The notes: generated by a model not told the origin, from the sequence alone. 64,000 bases of DNA from Chlorokybus atmophyticus (GCA_009103225.1 RHPI01000772.1:446558-510557); one strand, 5' to 3'. Shown: positions 12,560-26,466, counted from the stretch's first letter. Made by a program: numbers and translations.

Positions 12560-13900
12560 ATTGCGGTGAGGGTTGCGACTGAGGCCATCAGTGTTCTGGT
12601 TGGTGAGGCCGGCGCGGTGGTCGATCTCGAAGTCATACTCCTGCAGCAACAAGGCCCAGCGAGCAAGTTTTCCTGTCAGATGTTGGTTGGTCATCAACCA
12701 CTTGAGTGGCTGATATTGATGATCAGCTGGAATTGTCGACCAAAAAAAAAAGGTCTGAAGAAGGAGATAGCCCATACTGCAGCGAGGCACTCCCCCTCGT
12801 AGCTGCTGTAGTTGGCCTCAGCGCTGTTGTTGCTTCGGCTGGCGTATGACGCCACCCGCTCATTCTTGTTCTCATCGTGCTGTACCAGCACAGCCCCCAT
12901 CTCAAGTTTGCTCCAGTCGGTGTGGAGGATGAAGGGCTTGTTGTAGTTAGGACGTTGCAGATTGGGAGCGGTGGTGAGCCTGCCCTTTAGCTCCTCAAAC
13001 GCAAGCTGTTGTGGCCCCTTCCACGCAAACTCCACCTCCTTCTTCAGGAGCTCGTTGAGGGGTCGCGCGATCTTTGCGAAGTCCTTCACGAACCGGCGAT
13101 AGTAGTTGGCAAGGCCCCAAAAGGCACGCAGACGCGTAAGGTCTGTGGGAGCAGGGATAGCCGCCCAAGCCTCCACCTTTGCCTGCTGTACGTACACACC
13201 GTGGGGCACAATCATGTGCCCTAGGTAGGGTACCTTGCGAGTGAAGAAGGTGCACTCGTCGGGGTGCACTGTCATCCCCACCCCCTTGAGTCTTTCCAGC
13301 ACTTGCTCGATGTGCTGCAGGTGCTCGTCGTTACTGCGACTGAAGATGAGAATGTCGTCAATGTAGCATTGCGAGGAGTCTAGCTTCTTCAAGGCTTTAT
13401 CCATGACGCGCTGGAACTTGGCAGGAGCGTTCTTCAGTCCGAAAGGCATGACCTTCCACTAATACAGCTGCCGGTTGCCCCAGAAAGAGGTCTTGTGCTT
13501 GTCCTCCTCCTTGATGGCGATCTGGTTGTACCCTTGTCGCATATCCAGGATGCTGAAGATGGTGCAGTCTGCAACATCATAAATGATACCCTCCGCAGTA
13601 GGCATTGAATACCTGTCTTGTTTGATATTATTGTTGAGGGGGCAATAGTCGCCGCACATGCGCCGGTCTGTCCAGTTGCCTGCTGAATCCTTTTTCAGGG
13701 GCATGACGGTCGCGGCCGCAAAGTCCGATGTGGACTCCTTAATCAGGCATGCATCTAGCAGAGCCTTGCACCTCTGCTCCACCAAGTCTTCTTCTAACTT
13801 GGAGACTCGGTACTGTCGTCAAAACGCCAGTTCGGTATCCACCAACTCGATGTCCATCTAGTAAACTGAGCAAACACCCAGTTCCCTTACGCTGAAACTA
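12560..13900 (-). pseudogene. Element 1 reverse transcriptase and RNase H (Ty3/Gypsy type), disrupted
   Basis: FSILDMRQGYNQI, MPFGLKNAPAKFQRVMD, YIDDILIFS, LHTDWSK, SYASR..EANYSSYEGECLAAVWA. Confidence 0.95.
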
Positions 13901-14169
13901 AACTGATTTCTTCACTTGTTGAGGAGAGCCTCCAATTGTTCTCGCGTCTGGCATGTAGTTAGTGGTCGAATGGCATGGGACCAAGAGGTGGCATTGGCGA
14001 CCACTGGGATGTCCTCCACAGTGACTGGTGCCTGCTCCTCCATATGGGCGATTTCGAGGGCGGTGTGTGCCGCTTTGATCTCTTGCACGCGATCGGCCCA
14101 CCCCTCTGCCAGGTGTTCGAGCTTTTAAGAAGGACACATGGCGGTCTTGGAGAGCAAAGCACATTTCCA

Positions 14170-15115
14170 ATAACCATACCATGCTGTTCTGATCCATGGC
14201 ACGTCCCAAAAATTGGCATTGCTGACTGTCGGTCAGCGTGGAACCTGTAATACTGCCTAGAGAGAAGCCCATGGGGCGTTCGCGCTCACGTGCGTTGGGT
14301 TCCTCCAGCTGGCTTGTGTTGGAATCCAACACCATGCCTGCGCCGTGGTTGCGGAAGGCGTATGATCCTGGGTAGGACACCAGCGTGGGAGAGCGCACGA
14401 CGTGGTTGCCCAGGCTGGTTGCATTGGTAGAAGTGGTGGTGATCGCGTCGGGTGACTGGTTGTGCAGTTCAACCAGAGTCCAGTATAGCGTCGACTGTCA
14501 GAATGCGTGGACGACTGTTGTGCAGATATTCAGCAGCAAAGAGATCTTCGACTGTTGTCAGGTTGGTCCACTTGGCGCGGACGCGACAAGCACGGTAGCC
14601 ATGCCGCGCTGCGTTAATTTCAAAGAGGATGCCCCAGTGAGGAACACACCGGTCAGAAGCTGTTGGTTACGTGATGGCGCTTATCGTCCTCTGAGTGCAC
14701 ATTCTCGATGATGTATCCTGGAGGCCTGGACAGCTAGTTGCTCTGCAGAATTCTGATGACACGCATCAGTTCCCAAAACCGTTATGAGCAAGGATCGGCG
14801 AGCCCTTGGCCGCTGCCTGCTATGAAGTGTCCTTGACACTCCCATCCTGCTATTAAGAAGTCGATGTTGCCCACCGCTTGGAAGTGATCCGCAGTGATTA
14901 CACGGATGTCCTGTGGCAGTGCCTTCAGACTGCTTTGCAGTGCCGATAGCGGCAGTCGCTGCGGGTAGCAATTGTGTAGGTGGCGCAGGTGGTGGCCCAG
15001 GGCAATCTGTGCGTGTGGATCAGGGTCACAATAGAAGTACTTGGTGACCGTCGCGCCAGTGTTGAGAACAGCGGCGAGGCCACTACGTATTCCTTCGAAT
15101 AGTTCGAACACGGTT
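14170..15115 (-). pseudogene. Element 1 C5 cytosine DNA methyltransferase domain, disrupted
   Basis: Motif I-like FELFEGIRSGL, motif IV IAGWECQGH, motif VI YIIENV (~14700), motif X-like LGRAMD. Confidence 0.88.
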
Positions 15116-15599
15116 ATGCCTTGTTGTCGCCGGATTATGTAAAACTCCACTACTCCAGTGGCCACCTGGTGTTGTTCCTGGACAGCAACTTGGTCCATGT
15201 AGAGAGCGAACCATGAAGTGAGCCGCGGTGTAGTGAATAGCAGATGTGCGACCACCTGTGCGCGCCAGCGGCGTTCCGCTGGTTGCTGATGGGCCACTTC
15301 CTCAGTGGCATCTTCCTTAGACTCGTTGTATGGGATAGGAGAGTCTTGGTCCGCGTTGTGGGTGACCACCGTAGATGATCTGTCCGTGGTTGTCGAGCCC
15401 GACCTGTGGGTGGCTGTCGCAGCTGACCTGTCAGTGGTTGCCGACAACGACCTGTAGGTGGCTGTTGCAGCTGACCTTGGGTGGGAACGAGTGCGGGCCA
15501 CCAACTCGAGAGGTAGATATCCTTGAACCTCTCCGTCCTCCTCATCCCAATGAGGACGAAAGCAGGCCTTTTCTGTCCAGCAGTCCAGCCCCATGCCAA

Positions 15600-15960
15600 C
15601 AGGGAAGTTGAAGTCATGTCCCAACAACAGGTCGAAGAATCCTGCGTCGGTGACCACATAGTTCTGTATGACCTCGGTATTGTGGGACGGGTCCACTCCT
15701 GTCAAGCGCATGCAGAGGGCTTGCTTGGTGGTAATACCCATCACCTTGTCACGGCTGCCGGTTGCGGAGTCGAGCACGTATGGGCACGGCATCAGCTCAG
15801 CACTGGTGATGCCAAGGTCACGTGCGAGGTAACGTCCGATGATGACAGGCTGGGCGCCAGAGTCCAGCATCACCCGCTTGGGTGCTTGCCCATTGATCAT
15901 GACATGCTTGCTTTGGTTGGCGATCATGGCCGCGTTGGCGTGGATGCGCAGTCGCTTGAA
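15600..15960 (-). pseudogene. Element 1 retroviral-type aspartic protease
   Basis: RVMLDSGAQPVII active-site motif and downstream DLLLGHDF. Confidence 0.88.
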
Positions 15961-16243
15961 TTGTCGGTAGCGTGTGCGTGGGGTGTCTGCTGTTGCAGTC
16001 TCCTCTGGTGGTGTCAAGCGCAGTGCGGCAAGCGCCCCTCGCTCAACTGGGTCTTGCGCACTTTCTTGACCGCGGCCTGGCCCAAACCGTCTTGCTTTGG
16101 CTGTTGATAAGCACGCTGTGGCCTGGGTGCCGGCGGCGCTGCCTGCGGCTGTCCTGGTTGTAGCGCCGGGGGATTGCGTCTCTGTGTGGCCGGGGTCATT
16201 CCTGGCAGCGCGGCCAGTGGGGAAAAACTGGAGCACCGGGTGT

Positions 16244-19200
16244 TTATGGGCCCGCCTCCTGTGCGGCCTGTTCTTCCACATAAGTCCAGCGCACTGCATG
16301 AGCTGCCTCCCTGACCAGTGTACCTTCCCATGTGGCTGTTGGGTTGTTGATCACGTCACTCCAGCGGTGATTCTGAGGCTTAGGCTGGAGATACACTGCG
16401 CGCAGAAGCCGCGCTCTTACATCGTGGGTGATGGTGGGGACCCTTAGGATCCCTGCCATGTAGGCATCCCATCTGCCATTGACCACTCCCACCTCCAACA
16501 CCGTTGTTGCTCGCGCCCGCACAGTGAGGTAAATCTCTGGCTGTTGGACATGCTGCTCGTAGGCAGATGCGATGCGTCTGCGCTGCCGCGCTGCTTCCAC
16601 CTCTGGCAACCCCGGTATGGCCTCTTGTACTCCTTCTAAGGTGTCAGTGGCTGTCAAGGCAACCTCGTTATAGGCTTGCCGTAGTGAACGCAGGAAGGCG
16701 CCCAACCAGAACAATCTGGTGCTGAAGGCGAACAGGGGGACTGCGGGGTGATTGGTGACTAGCCAAGTCACCAGTCTTGCTCGAGCTGCATTACCACCTT
16801 CTCGCATTCCCAGCATCCGTCTCAGACCGATGCCTTCTTGTCGGTGCAGCATGGTTGCTTGTTGCAACAGGGCAGTATGTAGTTGCTATTCCTCGATTGA
16901 ACATGCTCCATCTCGTTGTGTCCACCCTTGCGGTGTGAGGTAGCCTCTCCCTGGATCCCGTTGATCTTTAGGCAAGTCTTCCAACAAGGCGGGTAGCAGG
17001 GCGATCAGCCCTCTGGTTTGTTGGGCCAGCGCCCTCATCTGGTCACCATTGGGCCCACCGACGAAAGGTGTTGTACTGGATGCTGGGATAGCGACTGTTG
17101 ATTGAAGAACGCCAGCGTGAGGATCGGCAAGGGCGTGCGCTCTTGCGTCGATTGCCGCCGCTTAAATCTGTCGCCAGGTGAATGCATGTTTCAGCGCGGT
17201 GTAGCGCTCATGACTTTGAATGGTATTGAGGGGCCTCAGTGCTTCGTCGTCACCCAGAGGCATGTCGGCTGTATCAGCGATGTGCTGCTGTACGTTGGGT
17301 TGCCGGTCCCTTATATGTGTCCGTGGGTTGGGCTCAAAGGGTTGATGACAGACTGGTGCGGGTTGGCATGGCGCCATCTGCATATCGTTGTGCAGAGTCC
17401 AGAATAACTGCAGTGCCAGCTCCAATACAACGGGCGTTCTGACAACGAAGACACGGCCTCGCATGGGAGGTGCCATGCCGGCGAGGATTTCATCCTCCAG
17501 ATGTCGCTGAGTCTGTTCTGGCAGCGTGTGATATTCAGGCAGTGGGAAGACTCGATCACTGCGTTCAATGCGTGTTGTGCGCTCCCCTCCGCGCCCAAAA
17601 GTAATGGTAGTGGGATCTGCCCCACGTACGATGGTCTCCCAAGCACGCTCAGCTTGCTGACCTCGCGGGACAGCCTGAGTGACGTCGAGGGCGGGCAATG
17701 TAGCTGAGCGTGTTGCTGCAGCGGCAGCAGGCTCGACGATGGCACTGTCCGTGGTGGCGAGAGTGCCGCTCAATGGCGCGAGAGTGGTCTCAAAGCCTGG
17801 TGGCACAGGTGATTCTGCGGTTGGAGCGGGACCGGTGCAACCTACTGCTGCAGGGTCGGTGACAGCAGTAGCTGTGGCCTGCATGCTCACCAGTGTGGGC
17901 GCGACGATGCTCACTGTAGACTAGTTTCTGGTGAAATTGGAGCAGTTGCTGCTAGCGTTGACGGAGTTGACGTCGTAGCCGGTGTGACCGTTGCGGTTGT
18001 TGTAGTACCACTGGTGGCTTCAGAGGAGGTGGCTGCTGACGATGTTGCGGCTTCCCCTCGAACTCGCCGGAATGGTTGAATATGCAATGGAGTGCTGGTG
18101 TCTCTCGTGCGCTTTGGAGCCATCAGTGCCCACCGGGCAGAGCAGCAGGCGCGGTAGTCCTGCTCCTTGTCTTCCTCCAAGCGTGCCATACGTGCCATGA
18201 GGGCAGCCATATGGTCATCAGCTGGCGGTTGGGCTGGAGCCTTGGCGGCAACAGCAGCAATGCGCGGACGTTTTTCCAGTCCCTTACGCTGAGGAGGGCG
18301 ATTCTTCCCCCTGTAGCCTTGCTCTTCCTTGCGAGCATTGGCGTAGTTGTTAGTGTGGTTATGGCCTCCGGTGTGATTGCTGTTGTAGCCACAAGAGTTG
18401 TTGCCGTTGTGGCCTCCAGTGTTGTTGCTGTTGTAGCCACCAGCGTTGTTGCCGTTGTGGCCTCCGGTGTTGTTGCTGTTGTAGCCACCAGAGTTGTTGC
18501 CGTTGTAGCCACCAGAGTTGTTGCCGTTGTGGCCTCCAGTGTTGTTGCTGTTGTAGCTGTTGACGGGTCTCAACTCGGGGAACTTGCCAGCAGACTGACC
18601 CCAAATGGCCTGTTTTGTGACAGTAGTCGCAGGCCAGAGTTGAGCACTTTTTGGTGCACTCCTTTTTGTAGTGCCCATGCCGTCCACAGCGATGACACAG
18701 CACAGGGGCAAACAAAGCAGTATGCGCTGACCGTTTCCCTTTGTCACGTGCTGGTGGAGCGTCGCGGCCACGTTCGCGGCGCGGAGGCTCGACAATCGTG
18801 CTGGCTATAGGCCGTGAGGCGCTGCGGTTGGTGTCCAGCACTGCTTTCTTATACACCAAGCGCTTATGGATGGCTTGTGCAGTCTCGAAAGAATCTTTGA
18901 GCGTGTAGCCAAGGGGCCTGCTGTAGTTCAGGGTCAGGCGCGTCGACTCGCTCAGGGTGGCATCCAACTCATTGACATATACCACTGCAGCCGCCTCATC
19001 GCTGACAATCTTGTAGTCAGTGTCCTTCAACAGCCCTTCCGGTCTGAAGTACAGGCGTAGGGGGTCCTCATTGGGCTTGCGCCGGAACCGCCTCAACTCC
19101 TCCACTTTGCTAGTGGTCTGCGGTGAGAAGGTGCGACGAAGTACAGCGTATAGATCCTTGAGTGGAGAGTCAGAGATGGCAGCACCTACAGTGATGGCTG

Positions 19201-19969
19201 CTGCGCGCAGTGCAACTGACCCGAGGGTGAAAGCACTGCCTCCCGCACGAGAGCCAGGTGTTGCCATAGGTAGGGGCGTGCCCACCTCAACGGCTGCAGT
19301 TCGTTGTTTTTCAAGGATGGCAGCAGAACGGTCCAGGATCCGGGCCCGTTGCGCGGCCGTCTTGATCTCAATTTCTGCAGGGGTCTGGTTGACGATCACC
19401 AACTCCGGTTCCTCCTCCTCTGCTCTGTCAATGGCTGCCGCTATGGACACCCCGATAACTGCAGCGGGAGTGGCAGGTGGAAAGATGGCTGCTGGACTGG
19501 TAGTGATGCAGGTGCTATGGTACTGGCGAGCTCGCCATAACCATCAACTCGATGCGGTTCAGCAACAGACTTCCAGACATCATGTGCTTCATGGTCAAGA
19601 TACTGAGCAGCAATGTGAAAAGAGATCTCATCTGACCAGTCTTTGTTCTTCAGAGCCTGCTGTCGCATCTTGGAGTGGAACTTGATGATGAATTCGTCCA
19701 GAGAGGTAGTGCCAGCACGTTCGGAGGAAGCGCAGGGACGTGGTTGAGCTGGAAGACTCCATCTCGTAGTCGTCACTATCGGACGAGAGTGGGGAAGCTC
19801 GATGCCGTGGAGTGGACAGGAACGAAGTGAAGTCGGAGATAGCACGCGAGCCCCTGCTGCTACGATCGCTGCTCCCGTCGCTGATCCGCTCGTAGGTGAG
19901 GTTGGAGGTTGGGCTCCAGCTGCTGAGGTCACCCTCGTCTAATGGAGAGAACGGGGTGGGCCTGCTCAT
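16244..19969 (-). pseudogene. Element 1 Gag-like ORF (two CCHC knuckles, Gly/Asn repeat) and long unassigned domain; frameshifted
   Basis: Starts MSRPTPFSP; CHRCGRHGHYKKEC and CDYCHKTGHLGSVC; colinear homology with 32792-36728. Confidence 0.85.
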
Positions 19970-20178
19970 ACAGCTAGTCCAAAGGTGAAAGTGTATGCAG
20001 GGTAGAGTGTTTGTGCTCTACCGCCTGTCTCGATGCCGCTACCATTTACCACACTAGTGCTTATGCGCACTATGTAATATAGTGATAACGAATGCCCAGG
20101 GATGTGTCCCCATATACAGACTGCACTATCTAATGCAGAATGCAACGCACTCACTTGAGCAAAGAGGGTGACACTGTG

Positions 20179-20769
20179 AGTCAACAAGCCACTACTATAG
20201 GTAGTGCTGTTTACACAGCTCTTTGCATGAGCGGAAAATGTGTTACACTGTTAAGTGAGGTGAATGAGCAAGCAACACGTGGATACTATGCCCTGACTGA
20301 TGACGACAAGCACACTGCAACCAGGCACACTAGGCCCACAGCGATGACAAGCACGATGCACACGCGAGCATGCACAGGCTCTCACACAGTGAGGGGGTTC
20401 TTGGTAACCGGGATGGCGTGTTCGTAGTTCAAGTCGTTTCACAAACTCTTGATTTTCTCACTCACAGTGACCAACTGATTCGGTGAACAATGTGACTACT
20501 TATACAAGTCAAGTCATGACTGTTTAGAACATAAGCTAACGGTCATACGGAGGCTATTTCCACAGCGATTGTCACTCGATGTAGAACACAACTTATAACT
20601 GAACAGCTACGCGCGGTGCCTATGTGGGCTATGGTTGTGAGCTACCTTGAAGTCATGACCTAGCTACTGGTCAGGGACGCGCGCGCGTTGGTATGTCAAT
20701 AGGCCGGGCGATGGTTTTGATGTAGACATGCCCGATGAAGGCTGGAATGTGTGGGCACCAAGCATGACA
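20179..20769 (-). repeat. Element 1 5' terminal repeat A1
   Basis: Matches 7934-8527; begins TGTCATG and ends TGGCTTGTTGACT on the minus strand; no B sequence outside it. Confidence 0.92.
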
Positions 20770-20870
20770 ACTCCCCTTTAAACTTGGTCCCTTTAATTGT
20801 AAGGACCTCAGCACATGCCCCAAATTGGCTAAGCACGTTGCAACAAGCTTTTGTGTATTATTGTGCAGTG
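20770..20870 (-). pseudogene. Continuation of the el0 integrase on the far side of element 1
   Basis: Minus strand reads NVLSQFGACAEVLTIKGTKFKGE and joins in frame to FDKLL at 7717. Confidence 0.82.
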
Positions 20871-20900
20871 CACAAGGGCAAAACCCTGCTCTCCATGTTG

Positions 20901-22424
20901 CACTGGTAGAATTGGGTTTCGGCAAATCAGGTTGAATCCGCAACTTTGTAATGGACGAAGCCGGACGATTTGCGAATTTCGCTTATTGCATGACGGATCC
21001 ATATATAGGTTGTAGCTGCAGCCGGAGTTTTATTGCATCCTGTCACAAACGGCAATCCGCTGGTGACGATCGTAAGTACCGGATCCCCAATAATGTTGAG
21101 GATCGGTGTTTACATAATCAAGGGTTCAGGCCGCGAGAGACTCTTGTGTAAGTTGCAATTACAGTTGTGACCAATTCGTTAATAATGCGTCATTACTTCA
21201 TAACGCAATTGAGGACTCGACGATAACAGTAGATTGCATTCAAGTTGCATGCTAAAGCTGTACACATCATTAAAATTGTGACCGCTTCCATTAACGATAC
21301 GAGATTTCATACTTAACAAACTCGGAACGCTATGATGGATCCTTCCATTGTTACAAACCATAATAATTATACGACCTCGTCATTGCCAAATTGCCGGTTC
21401 AACCCCGCGGCCTATTGATGGCTTGCCCCGCGGCCTGCTAGTTGCAGGCCGCGGGGCAAGCAAGTAGAAGGCTGCGACTTGCATGTATAATCATTGGTAA
21501 ACCATGGTAGCACATGAGGTAAACATGTAAAGACTTGACCAGAACTCCGCAACCAACCTTGCGCCAGCAGGTGGCGCAGGGCGCATAATGCAAACATCTG
21601 CCGGTAATCTCGCGCTACGATTGGACAAAACGGCAAGTCGAACAAAGTCTCCCTCTCCAAGTCACCTTCATAGTGGTAAAATCCACCTTCACCTTTATCT
21701 TTTAAACACAAGTGGTATATATATATAGACATACCGCTGTATGTAAGTATATATGAAATATATTCAAATATGTATGTATATTTATATATGTATATATGAC
21801 TATATATTTATATATGTCTATATGTACATATAAATATACTTAAATGGATATATACATATACCGGTATTGCCGTTGTATGCAGATGTTAGTGCATGCGTGA
21901 TACATGCATTGCGGCACGTGAGACAAATGAGGCAGCCGTTAGGTTATATGCTCCACAAACGCGCTGCAGGGTGTATCGTGTCGTCGTAGTCTAGCTGGTC
22001 CATTGCTAGGTCATATGCTGTTGCTTGATACACCAAGTTCTGCCGCGCAGGTTCAAACCTTAACGATGGTGAGACGAAAACCCGTTTGCTGTGGCTCTTT
22101 TGGGTTTTCGCCGCGAACTGCGGCCATAACATTCCTGGTTAGATCACGCATTAAGATTAAGTTAATCTTTTTAATATAGAATATAACCAAAAATAAGTTT
22201 AAGATGTGGCCATTATTAAGTTTAAGAAAAGACGGATACCGAACTTAATATACACCAGCTAGTTGTCATTAATGGCAGCTCGATACCAAACAAAGTTGTG
22301 GCTGCAGCCGCAAAAAGTGCAAGAATGGATATGTTGCTTGCATATGGATCCTTAATTAAGTTATAGCCGAATCTCCAATTAATTTGTGGGCAAGGCCGAA
22401 TGTTGGGGGGCCATTTCAACCGGT
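20901..22424. mobile_element. TIR element family X, copy 2 (inverted relative to copy 1)
   Basis: Reverse-complement homology to 5879-7532; ends CACTGGTAGAATTGG and CCATTTCAACCGGTG; TSD not preserved. Confidence 0.65.
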
Positions 22425-24978
22425 GGAGTAGGGGAGAATGGTGCGTGTACAAGAGTTATTATGCTGTCGTTTGCTTATGCATTGGGTGTGAACCACAGCA
22501 ACATGTATGATATCCTTCAACGCATCTTACATACTCCAACCGTCGGGCTATTGCTGCCTACGCCACTGTCACTACTTGCCTTCCTCCTACTGATACACAC
22601 GCATGCAAGTATTCGTATTATCATCTGCACCATGGCAATGGTTGCTCGTTAGCCTCTACATCGTTGGTGACAGCAGCAGCAGCAGACCAACTGAACTCCC
22701 CCTTTTTCGCCCCACCGCTCACTCAAAGTCTCTCCGCTCATCTTCAACGCAGTGCAATCACCATGCCCGGCAGCACTGCGTAATAAGGATATGAGTAGCT
22801 GTTGCGCAACATTGTAACATGCAGTGGCCCATTCCACCATGCGCAAGGCTGGTCGAGTGGGCCACCGGTTGTTACATGAAAGGAGAGGATATAGGTGATC
22901 TCCGTCTGCACGATCCGCTGACTCAATAGCTCGATCTACTTATGTCAAGCAATGAAACCTTATAGCCCTTAATATATACAAACTTACATATATATAAACA
23001 TACATGTATCCGCGTCACGCTTATAGCAGGGAATTCTCTACGCAGTCAAGACTATTTTTATGCCCATAGCTGTTGGCAACCTGAAGCAGGCAGTACATGT
23101 CAGTGGCGGTCCCCACTCAAATTCATGCCACTTAAGATTGAAATGTAATTTGGGTTATGATGGCTTATCGAATCAAGTTGTATCAGTATGTAATATATTA
23201 GCGCCACTTGAGGAAAGCACAAGGAAAGCACAGCTTGCGTGCATGCACGTCATTGCATGAGATTGCATCATGACACGATGTGTTTGCACACTATTAAGGT
23301 GTTTTATTAACAACCCAACTCGGTTAAAAAACATTTACAACTTGCCACGCTTGTTAACAGATAACGAGCAGATTAGGGTTGGGAGATATGTAAAGTCAGC
23401 TGGCGGCCACAGTCGCACTGCCCACTTGCTGGCGGTGACTAATTGTGGCATACAGTTGGTTGGTCATGCGCTGTGGGTTTGTGGGAGTGTTGCTGGTACC
23501 CACAGGTGCGTTGCTAGCAGGGGGTTTGGGCCAGCCCCTTGCGGCCTTACTTGCTGCTGCTTACTACTTGTTGCTTGTTGGTTGCCAACGGCAAGCATAG
23601 CATTTGCTCCATATGATTGTAGCATGCGTGTAAAATCACTGCGTATTTTTTATATTATGATTAATGTACAATCTACCCTCGCTTTTGTCATGTCCGTTAA
23701 TAAAACAACCCCGCCATATGTTGGACGCAAATGTTATGCGACCGATGTCCGTCTGCTCCCATGCCTTACTGCACGCACATAAGCCCCGCTCGCATAGTGT
23801 AGCTACACTATGCAACACACAGCTAGCGGCTGGCTGTGTGTTGCGTGTGATTCGGCTGTTGACCATGTTTGATGACGCAGTAACTATAGCGTGTAATCAA
23901 TTAGCGTTACATGGGGGGAGTGGATTAGTTAGAACGAGGGTGAGTAGTGGCGGCATGTCTTTGGGGTATGGGGCCTGCCCCGACCTCGTACCGCCAAGAA
24001 CGCGGCCGATTTAACCACTAACTGTGCTGCAATTGCATCGAATCCCCAGCGATTTTGGGTCGCTGTTGATCAGCAGTTGCCGCTGAATTAGTTTTCAGCA
24101 TCTTTTACGCATCTCAGCAATGATTGGCCAAATCGCTGCCTTTTTGAGCAATGGCTGTTGTCACCGTTGCGATCGCATTTGATCAAATTCAAGCGTGACC
24201 AAATGGTGGCCTAACGATGCAAATTTTCGTTTAGTTGAATCTTAATGTTACGGTAATTTAGGTTAGCATTATTTTGATGGTTGTAACCTTGGCATTACTG
24301 ACTGAATATTTTAGCACGTACCGTGGCCTAAACGTTATGTTAATCATTAAGTTTTAAAACGCTTAACTGCAGGTTGCTAGCCATATTGCACCATATTGCA
24401 CCATATTGCAACAGATGTGCTTCATTTTGCAACACATCTCAGATATCAACATGTATCATTGTATCTCCATATTTATTAACATTATTTCTGTTACACATCG
24501 AAAATGATCAACCTGCAGCCATAAGCGGCCACATATGCAGAACTGTGCTTAATTTTACATTTTATGGCATGCGTTTTAACAATTGGATGTGCTTTGGACG
24601 GCCAGGATTGTTTAGGCAGATCTAACGGTGTAACGCTTGTACTCGCCGCCTAGCCAATAAGTTGCCAATTGTTGCCTTCTTGCTTGTTTGCACTGTTTTG
24701 TGGCCTGTGTTCTACCCTAGACATATACCGTACTGCCATGAAGTACTCGTTATGTTTTGTTTGACCTTCTGTCATGTGGGCAATAGGCATCGAGCACGGT
24801 GCTGTGGCTGTCAACGAATGAAAAAAAACTCATACAGTTCGTATCAGTACGGTATCTTGGAAAGTACTTTGCCCAGGAGTCCAGGGAGGAAGGCACGCGC
24901 GGTACTAGCGCGCGTGCTACGGGGCATGTCGCGGCCGCCATCATTGATTCTTGCTGTCAGTGGCGGTGTGGTGGTCGG

Positions 24979-25974
24979 TAGTGTTGGGTGCTAACCAGTT
25001 GACTATTAATCAAGTGAATAAGGTTAACGTTAACCATTATCAGAGGAGGGCAAAGGTTATCGGGTTAGCGGGTTACGTTGAATTACACTTACTTCCCAAT
25101 TACTCTTGCACGACATTAAGTGTAATTCGCTAAGTTACGTAATTCAGTTTTAATTATAATATGAAATGCAGTTTGTGTTACGACACATGAAATACCTGGT
25201 ACCTTGTGATGCGAGTTGTAAGATCTCTTCATAGTATATCGTCGATCCTTTTTAAAAATATGCGGTAACATGTGGTACGTACCTTTACTTACATCCGAAT
25301 ACATGTACATCTACATATATAAGCAAGACTGTATGTACGTTGCATAATACACATATGTAAATGTGTATGTGTATTAATATACACATGTGAATAAATCAAG
25401 TCCATACATATCATGGACATGAAAAGGTTTATACATATATTATATATAGTTATGTATATTATTATTTATTTATACATATGTATAATGTACAAATGATAAA
25501 ATAAAACATTCATGTATGTGTGAGATGATGTGTTTGATGCTGATGTCCATGTGAATTATAAGCATGTATGTATTGTGTACATGTATTATTGCAAGCAAGT
25601 AATTGCGTTGTAAGATTCTTTTATCACATACGTAATCAAATCTCGATACATGTTTAAAGTTTATTCAGTTTATTCACAATGGGTCACTTGCACAAGCGCT
25701 TAATGTAAGTAGGTACGTATATGTGTGAACATGACATGATCATTATGGTCATCACATACACATCATATATTATGCAAACATATGGGCATTATTTTGCGAA
25801 AATAATGAAGTTGCTTAAAACCATGAACTTGCACCAGCTGCAAAGACCTCATCAAGAGCTATCGTTGGCGCCTACTTTCACCGCAAACTGTGACCGTATG
25901 AGAGATTAACCTGGCGTCAACATTAACCTAGTAACCACTAACCGGCCCCTGCAGGTGGTTAATGCCCAACACTA
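24979..25974. mobile_element. AT-rich non-autonomous TIR insertion (hAT-like termini) upstream of gene copy 1
   Basis: Imperfect TIR TAGTGTTGGG(TGC/CAT)TAACC; absent from the paralogous promoter near 52790; flanks GTGGTCGG/GTGGGTGG may be a decayed 8-bp TSD. Confidence 0.65.
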
Positions 25975-26192
25975 GTGGGTGGCGAAAGAAAGTCGGGGTT
26001 TGGGCGTTGGTAGCGTTTGGGGCGCAGGGTGCGGTGGTGGCTGTCTGTGCATGCTGAGTTGGGGGGCGAGGGGCGCTGATGTGACACGTTGCCTGCCTGC
26101 CTGCTTGCAACGCCCGGAGCCTCTGCGGGACGCCAGCAGAGTGGGGGTGCGTTGATAGTAACAGAGTGAGTGCCGTGCTGCTGCGCCGCTGT

Positions 26193-26466
<274 letters not shown>

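Larger units (their letters stand above)
7718..20769 (-). mobile_element. Element 1: Ty3/Gypsy-like retrotransposon with methyltransferase, PHD and split direct repeats (decayed; contains a nested Copia-derived element)
   Basis: Termini TGTCATG (20769) and CCCGACA (7718) on the minus strand; ACT duplicated at 7715-7717 and 20770-20772; gag/PR/DNMT/RT/RH/INT/PHD fragments in order. Confidence 0.93.

Noticed and set aside
18345-18560. 24-nt repeats as a possible CRISPR array
   Set aside because: The units abut without unique spacers and encode an in-frame Gly/Asn repeat in Gag; no cas genes and a eukaryotic context.
22425-22930. Possible further upstream part of el0 beyond X copy 2
   Set aside because: Only weak similarity (a CACCATTCTCCCC stretch and a B-like CAGCAGCAGACCA motif); no continuous frame.
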